DNA of 14,999 nucleotides from Candidatus Firestoneibacteriota bacterium (GTDB lineage: Bacteria; Oederibacteriota; D2-FULL-39-29; JBDRBU01). The stretch is from positions 1 to 14,999 of the forward strand of contig JBDRBU010000057.1 in assembly GCA_043822305.1 (NCBI GenBank), written 5' to 3'. This document shows, in pieces, positions 1-7,566 of the stretch (position 1 is its first letter; the number at the start of each line of letters is the position of its first letter). The position numbers and the translations under genes were made by a program. The notes under the pieces are model-generated. The model saw only the letters and a program-made list of their open reading frames with translations, did no database searches and had not been told where the DNA came from.

Positions 1-109
1 ATAAACATTTTGTTATCGCTGATGTTAATGTCGTCTTACCATGATCAACATGACCAATTGTTCCTACATTTACATGCGGCTTGTTCCTATCAAATTTAAC
101 TTTAGACAT
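1..109 (-). CDS. tuf: Elongation factor Tu, 5' end (partial, runs off window); str-operon copy
   Basis: Manual translation from ATG at 109: [36 protein letters not shown], containing the EF-Tu P-loop [16 protein letters not shown] at 115-120. Lies directly downstream of fusA. Confidence 0.98.
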   Translation of the reverse strand, partial: MSKVKFDRNKPHVNVGTIGHVDHGKTTLTSAITKCL

Positions 110-138
110 ATTTACCTCCTGGTCTTTTCTTACTTTCT

Positions 139-2241
139 TTATTTGCTTCTCTTATCTCTTCCTGATGTTTTAATTATAATTTCATCTGAAACATTTTTTG
201 GTACTTCTTCATAATGAGAAAATTCCATTGTGTAAATTCCTCTACCTTGAGTAAGAGACCTTACATCCGTAGCATAACCAAACATACTTGCAATTGGTAC
301 AAATCCTCGGACAACTCTGGCATTACCTCTCTGGCTCATATTCTCCATTTTTCCTCTGCGAGAATTAAAATTACCTATTACTTCTCCCATAAATTCTTCG
401 GGCATGACAATCTCAATATCCATTATTGGTTCAAGTAAAATAGGTTTTGCTTTTTTAAAAGCATCCTTAAAAGCTAAAGAACCGGCTATCTTAAAAGCCA
501 TTTCAGAAGAATCCACTTCATGAAATGAACCATCAAATAAAGTAACTTTTACATCAATCACTGGATAACCGGCTAATACTCCTAATTCAGTTGCCTCTTT
601 TATGCCCTTATCTATTGGAGAGATATACTCTCTGGGTATTACTCCACCGACAATATCATTAACAAATTCATATCCACTTCCTTTTTTTCCGGGTTCAATT
701 GATATGACTACATGTCCATACTGTCCCCGTCCACCTGTCTGCCTGATATACTTACCTTCTGCTTCTGCTTTAGTCGTTATAGTTTCCTTATAAGCAACCT
801 GTGGTTTTCCAACATTTACTTCTACCCCAAACTCCCTTTTCATTCTGTCTACAATAATTTCTAAATGTAACTCACCCATTCCGGCTATAATTGTTTGACC
901 GGTTTCTTCATCACTTTTAACTTTAAATGTAGGGTCTTCATCACCTAATCTATCTAAAGCAATACCAAGTTTATCCTGGTCAGCTCTTGTTTTTGGCTCA
1001 ATGGCTGCAGAAATAACAGGCTCTGGAAAATGCATACTTTCTAAAACAATTGGCTTCTCTTCATCGCATAAAGTATCTCCAGTGATAGTATTTTTTAAAC
1101 CAACTGCTCCCGCGATATCGCCGGCATAGACAGCATCTACTTCTTCTCTTTTGTTGGCAAACATTCTTAGAAGTCGGCTAATACGTTCCTTTATCCCCTT
1201 CCTGGCATTATAAATATAAGAACTTGAATTTAAGGTTCCTGAATAAACTCTTACAAAAGTTAATTTTCCAACATATGGGTCAGCCGCTATTTTAAAGGCT
1301 AGGGCAGACAATGGTTCGTTATCATTTGCCTTTCTTGTTTCTTCAATATTATTTTCTGAATTAATTCCTTTTACATCAGGAATATCAATTGGAGATGGAA
1401 GATAATAAACTACTGCATCTAACATAGGTTGAACACCCTTGTTTTTAAAAGAAGAACCACATAGCACTGGAACTATCGCACTTTTTAATGTCCCAATCCT
1501 TACCGCCTTCCTGATCTCATCCACTGTTATTTCGGATTCTTTTCCCTCTAAATATTTATGCATTAAAGAATCATTAAATTCTGCAATACCTTCTAAGAGC
1601 GATTCGCGATTTTTCTTTGCCGAATCAAGAAATTCTAAAGGGATTTCCCTTTCTTCAAACTTTGCTCCCAGAGTTTCTTCTAACCATATATATTCTTTCA
1701 TCTTAATTAAATCAATCATTCCAACAAAAGTATCTTCAGAACCAATTGGAATTTGAAGTAAAACTGGTTTTGCACCTAATTTTGTTTTTATAGTTTCCAC
1801 TGACATAAAAAAGTCAGCTCCAACTTTATCCATCTTATTTAAATAGGCAATCCTTGGGATTTTGTATCTATCTGCCTGTCTCCAGACAGTTTCACTTTGA
1901 GGTTCAACACCAGCACAGGCATCAAAGACCACAACCGCACCGTCTAAAACTCTAAGCGACCTTTCCACTTCTGCAGTAAAATCAATATGTCCGGGTGTGT
2001 CTATAATATTAACCTGTTTATCAAGCCAAGAACAAGTAACCGCCGCCGAAGTAATGGTAATACCTCTTTCTCTTTCCTGAACCATATAATCGGTCACAGT
2101 GGTTCCATCATCAACATTACCTATTTTATGAATATTGCCTGTATAGTATAAAACCCTCTCAGTAGTAGTCGTCTTACCCGCATCTATATGAGCAACTATT
2201 CCTATGTTTCTTATATCTTCTATCGCACACTGCCTTGGCAT
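139..2241 (-). CDS. fusA: Elongation factor G (700 aa)
   Basis: [10 protein letters not shown]-loop, RGITI, DTPGH, NKMD, GMGELHL and domain IV loops QTGGRGQYG and [12 protein letters not shown]-like AGGAG about 8 nt upstream. Position between rpsG and tuf. Confidence 0.99.
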   Translation of the reverse strand: MPRQCAIEDIRNIGIVAHIDAGKTTTTERVLYYTGNIHKIGNVDDGTTVTDYMVQERERGITITSAAVTCSWLDKQVNIIDTPGHIDFTAEVERSLRVLDGAVVVFDACAGVEPQSETVWRQADRYKIPRIAYLNKMDKVGADFFMSVETIKTKLGAKPVLLQIPIGSEDTFVGMIDLIKMKEYIWLEETLGAKFEEREIPLEFLDSAKKNRESLLEGIAEFNDSLMHKYLEGKESEITVDEIRKAVRIGTLKSAIVPVLCGSSFKNKGVQPMLDAVVYYLPSPIDIPDVKGINSENNIEETRKANDNEPLSALAFKIAADPYVGKLTFVRVYSGTLNSSSYIYNARKGIKERISRLLRMFANKREEVDAVYAGDIAGAVGLKNTITGDTLCDEEKPIVLESMHFPEPVISAAIEPKTRADQDKLGIALDRLGDEDPTFKVKSDEETGQTIIAGMGELHLEIIVDRMKREFGVEVNVGKPQVAYKETITTKAEAEGKYIRQTGGRGQYGHVVISIEPGKKGSGYEFVNDIVGGVIPREYISPIDKGIKEATELGVLAGYPVIDVKVTLFDGSFHEVDSSEMAFKIAGSLAFKDAFKKAKPILLEPIMDIEIVMPEEFMGEVIGNFNSRRGKMENMSQRGNARVVRGFVPIASMFGYATDVRSLTQGRGIYTMEFSHYEEVPKNVSDEIIIKTSGRDKRSK

Positions 2242-2264
2242 AAAATAATCTCCTTAAAAAATTA

Positions 2265-2325
2265 GTCGCTGTCCTTATTTATTCTAAAAATATGCACATA
2301 TAATATGGTGTCTGTCCCCATTTAT
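2265..2325. repeat. Degenerate direct repeat pair GT-NN-CTGTCC-YY-ATTTAT in the rpsG-fusA spacer
   Basis: gtcgctgtccttatttat (2265-2282) and gtgtctgtccccatttat (2308-2325), 14/18 identical. Confidence 0.5.
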
Positions 2326-2334
2326 CGCATTTAT

Positions 2335-2805
2335 CTACCATCTAAAATGGGCAAATGCTTTATTTGCTTCTGCCATTTTATGTGTATCTTCCCTTTTCTT
2401 CACAGCTGCACCCGTATTCTTTGAAGCATCCATAATTTCGTTGGCTAACCTCTCGATCATTGTTTTCTCTGTTCTTTTTTCCGCACTGCTTATTGTCCAT
2501 TTTAGGGCTAAAGAGATTTTTCTGTGAAAAGGAACTTCCATGGGAATTTGGTAAGTTGCTCCTCCAACTCTTCTGGCTTTAACCTCTAAAACAGGTTTTA
2601 CATTCTCCATAGCTTGTTTAAAAACTGTCGCCCCTTCTGTATTTAATTTTTTTGAAATTAAATCAAACGCACCATAAACAATTTTCTCGGCTAAAGATTT
2701 TTTCCCATCTCTTATTATATTGTTTATAAGCTTGGCTATGATAACATCATTATATTTTGGATCTGGACCTATTTCTCTTTTTCTTACTAATCTTCTTCTG
2801 GGCAT
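2335..2805 (-). CDS. rpsG: 30S ribosomal protein S7 (156 aa)
   Basis: MPRR start, [16 protein letters not shown] and [15 protein letters not shown] terminus. Confidence 0.99.
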   Translation of the reverse strand: MPRRRLVRKREIGPDPKYNDVIIAKLINNIIRDGKKSLAEKIVYGAFDLISKKLNTEGATVFKQAMENVKPVLEVKARRVGGATYQIPMEVPFHRKISLALKWTISSAEKRTEKTMIERLANEIMDASKNTGAAVKKREDTHKMAEANKAFAHFRW

Positions 2806-2828
2806 TTTTTCCTCTCTTTTTCCCTTTT

Positions 2829-3254
2829 TTACTCTTTCACTTTTTCCACTTCTTTAACTTCTTTCGCTTTCCCTGTTGCCCCTTCTCTTTTAATTTTAAC
2901 ACCGTACTTTGACCTGCCTTGTTTTCTATTATCAACTCCAGCCGTATCTAAAGTACCTCTTATAATATGATACCTTACTCCTGGCAAATCTTTTACTCTT
3001 CCACCACGAATAAGCACTATCGAATGTTCATCTAAATTATGCCCTATCCCGGGAATATAACAAGTTACTTCATGACCATTAGTCAGTCTGACCTTTGTAA
3101 CTTTCCTTAAAGCAGAATTAGGTTTCTTTGGTGTTGTTGTATACACCCTTAAACAAACTCCCCGTTTTTGCGAACAAGAAGTTAATGCCGGTGCTTTTGT
3201 TTTATTTGCCTTCTTTTTCCTCTTATTTTTCAACAACTGATTAATTGTATACAA
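2829..3254 (-). CDS. rpsL: 30S ribosomal protein S12 (141 aa, TTG start)
   Basis: [25 protein letters not shown] and RSKYG motifs. Start is TTG (caa at 3252-3254) preceded by AAGGGGG. Confidence 0.99.
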   Translation of the reverse strand: MYTINQLLKNKRKKKANKTKAPALTSCSQKRGVCLRVYTTTPKKPNSALRKVTKVRLTNGHEVTCYIPGIGHNLDEHSIVLIRGGRVKDLPGVRYHIIRGTLDTAGVDNRKQGRSKYGVKIKREGATGKAKEVKEVEKVKE

Positions 3255-3298
3255 TCTTACCCCCTTGACTTTCTATAATGTAAATAAACATTTTAGGA

Positions 3299-3328
3299 AT
3301 AGTTGCCCGCCTAAGGCGGGCAGACTAT
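3299..3328. repeat. GC-rich inverted repeat (hairpin) in the rpsL leader
   Basis: tgcccgcc (3304-3311) / taa / ggcgggca (3315-3322), extended by atagt (3299-3303) / actat (3324-3328) with a 1-nt bulge. Confidence 0.75.
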
Positions 3329-3331
3329 GTT

Positions 3332-3361
3332 AAATAAAAAAGGCGGGTGATATTTCCGCCT
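3332..3361 (-). terminator. Putative intrinsic terminator/attenuator within the rpsL leader
   Basis: Minus-strand RNA AGGCGG-AAAUAUCAC-CCGCCU followed by UUUUUAUUU, downstream of the promoter and of rpoC, upstream of rpsL. Confidence 0.65.
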
Positions 3362-3450
3362 CGTTAGTTTTAAACTATTTGTTTAGACTAACTTATCACC
3401 CCCACTATATAAACTTCGTTAGAAAACTTTCCCTAACAAAGTAAACATAT

Positions 3451-3480
3451 ATTATATCAAATTTTTCCTTTATCTGTCAA
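3451..3480 (-). promoter_or_regulatory. Sigma70-type promoter for the str operon (rpsL-rpsG-fusA-tuf)
   Basis: Minus strand TTGACA (3480-3475), 18-nt spacer, TATAAT (3456-3451), with an extended -10 (TGaTATAAT). Both hexamers are perfect consensus. Starts 11 nt after the rpoC stop. Confidence 0.85.
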
Positions 3481-3491
3481 TACTTTTATTT

Positions 3492-6400
3492 TTATATACT
3501 TTCTTTTAATTTTATATCACGATACAAAGGAAAACCAGTACCGGCTGGAATCAACCTTCCAATTATTACATTCTCTTTTAACCCTAATAAATTATCTATC
3601 TTGCCGGCTGTAGCGGCTTCTGTCAGAACCTTAGTCGTTTCCTGGAAAGATGCCGCCGAGAAAAAACTTTCAGTACTTAATGAGGCTTTTGTAATACCAA
3701 GCAAAATAGGTTTGGCTATGGCTGGCTTTCCTTTCTTTTTTAAGATTTTTTCATTCTCCTCTTTAAATGTAAGTCTATCTACTTCTTGACCGGATAAAAA
3801 TTCTGTATCTCCAGGATCCTCTATTCTAATTCTTTTTAACATTTGTCTAACTATAACCTCTATATGTTTATCGTTTACTTTAACGCCCTGGACTCTATAA
3901 ACTTCTTGTACCTTTTCCAATAAATACTCTTGAGTCGCACCTTCTCCACTAACTCTTAAAATATCATGCGGATTTACAGGACCAGCCGTTAATGGATCAC
4001 CAGCCTTTACTTTTTCTGCATCAGAGACTAATATATGCCTACCCTGAGGTACAAGATATTCTTCTTCTGCTCCACTTTCATGCTGGACAACAATTCTTCT
4101 CATCCTTTTTTCAATTTCACCAATTTTAACCACACCATCTATATCTGTTATAGCCGCATGGTCTTTTGGCTTTCTTGCCTCAAATAGTTCAGAAACTCTC
4201 GGAAGCCCTCCGGTTATATCTCCTGTCTTTTTAATTTCCCTCGGTATCTTAGATAGTACCTTACCGGCAAAAATCTCTTCTTCATCATTTACGACCAATC
4301 TTGCTCCAATCGGCATAGAATATCTGGCTAATTCTTTCCCTTTGTTGTCTACTATTTTAATATAAGGATGTTTCTTTCCTTCTTTATCTGAGGTTATAAC
4401 CCTATTTAAAAGTTTTGTTTCCGGATCAATTTCTTCTTTCATGGTTATATTTTCTTCTATATCCATAAACTCTGTCTTCCCGTCAATTATAGAGAAAATA
4501 AGTGTATTATAAGGATCCCACCTTGTTAGAATCTGTCCTTTTTTTACAATCTCCCCTTCTTTAATTACAAGTTGTGATCCAAAAGCCACTTCAAATGATT
4601 CTTTAACCTTTCCTGTTTCATCTCGAACACTTATTTCGCCCTGTCTGTTTATAACTATGGTTTCTTTTTCCTTCGTCGTTAAAGTTTTTAAGTTATGATA
4701 AAAAATTCTTCCACCGCTTTTAGTGGATATAGTCGAAGTTTCAACAGCCTTGGCCGCGGTTCCACCAATATGAAATGTTCTTAAAGTCAACTGGGTTCCA
4801 GGCTCCCCTATTGATTGGGCGGCTACAATACCTACCGCTTCACCTACATCCACCATCTTTCTATAACTTAAATTCCAACCATAACATTTTGCACAAACAC
4901 CTCTTTTCGCCTCGCAAGTAAGAACAGATTTTATTCTTATCTTTTCTATGCCTGCTTTTTCTATTCTTTCCGCTTTTTCCTCATCTATTATTTCGTTTGC
5001 TTTAACTATGACTTCATCCGTTAAAATGTCTACAACATTATCCAAAACAACTCTTCCTGTAATTCTATCCTTTAATGGTTCCATTACTTCCATTCCTTCT
5101 CTAATAGCACCTATGGTAATTCCTCTTAGTGTTCGGCAATCTTCTTCGGTCACAACAACATCGTGGGCAACATCAACTAATCTTCTTGTAAGATAACCTG
5201 CTTCTGAAGTTTTTAGGGCCGTATCAGCCAATCCTTTACGACCACCATGTGTAGAAATAAAGTACTCTAAAACCGTTAGTCCTTCTCTAAAATTTGAAAT
5301 AATAGGATGCTCAATAATTTCCCCCTTTTCTCCTACTACCCTCTGCTGGGGTCTGGCCATAAGTCCTCTCATAGCTGACAACTGTCTAACTTGCATGGGA
5401 GTACCACGAGAGCCAGACTCAACCATCATGCAAATAGGATTAAATCCATTCCTGTCTTTTTTTATCTCTTCCATCATTTTATCTGCAACTTTATCAGTAG
5501 CATGTATCCAGATATCTATTACTTTGTTATACCTCTCATTATCCGTAATAATACCTTTACGATACTGAGAATAAATCTTTTCCACTTCTCCTCTGGCTTG
5601 ATTAATTATCTCTTTCTTTTCAGAAGGGATTTTCATATCATCCATACATATGGTCAGCCCAGAAAAAGTAGCATATTTAAAGCCTAAATCTTTTAAGCTG
5701 TCAAGTAAAATCACCATTTCTGCATTGCCAAACTTTTCGTAACATTCAGTGACTATATTAGAAAGTTCTTTCTTGTTTAGTTCCTTGTTTATAAAACCAA
5801 AATCAGATGGTAAGATTGAATTAAAAACAACTCTTCCTGTTGTTGTCTCTATAATTTTTCCATTCAAAAGCATTTTAATTTTTGCATGTAAACTTATTTT
5901 TTTGGCATCATATGCAATTAATACTTCATCAATAGATGAAAATACTTTTCCTTCTCCCAGACAACCTGGTTTTTCTTTGGTTAGATAATTTAATCCAACA
6001 ACCATTTCTCTGGCTGGTGCGGCTAATGGAGAACCATTTGAAGTAGAGAACACACCATTGGTTGATAAAACAAGTGTCCTCGTCTCTGTAATTGATTCAA
6101 CAGAAAGAGGAACATGAACAGCCATCTGGTCACCATCAAAATCAGCATTAAAAGCTGTGCAAGCTAATGGATGTATTCGTATGGCCGAACCTTCTATAGG
6201 TATAGCTTCAAACGCTTGAACTCCTTGCTTATGTAAAGTTGGGGCTCTATTAAGTAATACCGGATGCTCTTTAATAACTTCTTCTAATATTTCCCATACT
6301 TCAGGTTTTACACTTTCGACCATTCGTCTTGCACTTTTTACCGTATGAACATACCCTCTATCTTCAAGTTTTTTAATAATAAACGGCTTAAACAGTTCAA

Positions 6401-7544
6401 GTAACATCTTCTTTGGAATACCACATTGATAAAATTTAAGTTCAGGACCAACAACAATCACAGAGCGTCCCGAATAATCAACTCTTTTACCAAGCAAATT
6501 CTGTCTAAATCTCCCTTGTTTACCTTTTAACATATCGCTTAATGATTTTAACGGTCTATTTCTACTTCCTTTAACCGTCGTACCTCTTCTTCCATTATCA
6601 AGAAGTGAATCAACTGCTTCCTGTAACATTCTTTTCTCGTTATATATTATAATTTCCGGTGCTTTGACCTCCATCAGTCTTTTTAATCTATTATTTCTAT
6701 TTATTACTCTTCTATATAAATCATTAATGTCGGATGAAGCAAAACGACCTCCATCTAAAGGAACTAAAGGTCTTAAATCGGGTGGGATGACCGGCAGACT
6801 CACCAGAATCATCCACTCGGGTTTATTCCCGGATTTTCGGAAATTTTCTACTATTCTTAATCTTTTAATTATATCTTTCTTTTTCGCTATGGAATCAGTT
6901 GCTTTTGCTTCCTCTTTTAATTCCTTGGATAGTTCTTCCAGATTAATTTCTTTTAACAAATCCCTAATCGATTCTGCACCTATTTTATATTTAAAAGAAT
7001 TCGCACCATACAAAGACTTAGACTTCTGTAAAGACTCCTCATCTAAAATTTGTTTCTTCATTAACGGAGTCTCCATTGGGTCCATAACAATATAGCTCTC
7101 GTAATATATAACCCTCTCTAACTCCTTTGTGGTCATATCAAGTAAAATACCTATCCTGGTTGGAATACTTTTTAAAAACCATATATGAGCCACAGGGGAG
7201 GCTAATTCTATATGTCCCATTCTTTCTCTTCTAACTTTTGAAGAAATAACTTGAACACCGCATCGATCACAAACAATATCTCTATATTTTATCCTTTTAT
7301 ACTTACCACAGTAACATTCCCAGTCTTTAGTCGGACCAAATATTCTCTCATCAAATAAACCGTCTTTCTCTGGTTTAAAGGTTCTATAATTAATAGTCTC
7401 TGGCTTCTTTATTTCTCCATATGACCATTTCTTTATAGTCTCCGGTGAGGCTAACTTTAAGGATATATAATCAAAATCTATTTTCTTTTCAGATTCAGAG
7501 TCAAAGAATTTTGACCTTTTTATTACTTCTCTAATTCTGGCCAT
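3492..7544 (-). CDS. rpoC: DNA-directed RNA polymerase subunit beta' (1350 aa)
   Basis: Zn-finger CYCGKYK...CDRCGV, GKRVDYSGRSV, catalytic NADFDGD (6129-6149), bridge helix, trigger loop with SI3 insertion, SAASFQET. SD AAGGAG upstream. Confidence 0.99.
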   Translation of the reverse strand: MARIREVIKRSKFFDSESEKKIDFDYISLKLASPETIKKWSYGEIKKPETINYRTFKPEKDGLFDERIFGPTKDWECYCGKYKRIKYRDIVCDRCGVQVISSKVRRERMGHIELASPVAHIWFLKSIPTRIGILLDMTTKELERVIYYESYIVMDPMETPLMKKQILDEESLQKSKSLYGANSFKYKIGAESIRDLLKEINLEELSKELKEEAKATDSIAKKKDIIKRLRIVENFRKSGNKPEWMILVSLPVIPPDLRPLVPLDGGRFASSDINDLYRRVINRNNRLKRLMEVKAPEIIIYNEKRMLQEAVDSLLDNGRRGTTVKGSRNRPLKSLSDMLKGKQGRFRQNLLGKRVDYSGRSVIVVGPELKFYQCGIPKKMLLELFKPFIIKKLEDRGYVHTVKSARRMVESVKPEVWEILEEVIKEHPVLLNRAPTLHKQGVQAFEAIPIEGSAIRIHPLACTAFNADFDGDQMAVHVPLSVESITETRTLVLSTNGVFSTSNGSPLAAPAREMVVGLNYLTKEKPGCLGEGKVFSSIDEVLIAYDAKKISLHAKIKMLLNGKIIETTTGRVVFNSILPSDFGFINKELNKKELSNIVTECYEKFGNAEMVILLDSLKDLGFKYATFSGLTICMDDMKIPSEKKEIINQARGEVEKIYSQYRKGIITDNERYNKVIDIWIHATDKVADKMMEEIKKDRNGFNPICMMVESGSRGTPMQVRQLSAMRGLMARPQQRVVGEKGEIIEHPIISNFREGLTVLEYFISTHGGRKGLADTALKTSEAGYLTRRLVDVAHDVVVTEEDCRTLRGITIGAIREGMEVMEPLKDRITGRVVLDNVVDILTDEVIVKANEIIDEEKAERIEKAGIEKIRIKSVLTCEAKRGVCAKCYGWNLSYRKMVDVGEAVGIVAAQSIGEPGTQLTLRTFHIGGTAAKAVETSTISTKSGGRIFYHNLKTLTTKEKETIVINRQGEISVRDETGKVKESFEVAFGSQLVIKEGEIVKKGQILTRWDPYNTLIFSIIDGKTEFMDIEENITMKEEIDPETKLLNRVITSDKEGKKHPYIKIVDNKGKELARYSMPIGARLVVNDEEEIFAGKVLSKIPREIKKTGDITGGLPRVSELFEARKPKDHAAITDIDGVVKIGEIEKRMRRIVVQHESGAEEEYLVPQGRHILVSDAEKVKAGDPLTAGPVNPHDILRVSGEGATQEYLLEKVQEVYRVQGVKVNDKHIEVIVRQMLKRIRIEDPGDTEFLSGQEVDRLTFKEENEKILKKKGKPAIAKPILLGITKASLSTESFFSAASFQETTKVLTEAATAGKIDNLLGLKENVIIGRLIPAGTGFPLYRDIKLKESI

Positions 7545-7566
7545 TTGTCACTCTCCTTCATTTTCT

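Noticed and set aside
3265..3279. Plus-strand TTGACT and TATAAT hexamers as an antisense promoter
   Set aside because: They are only 3 nt apart, incompatible with sigma70 spacing.
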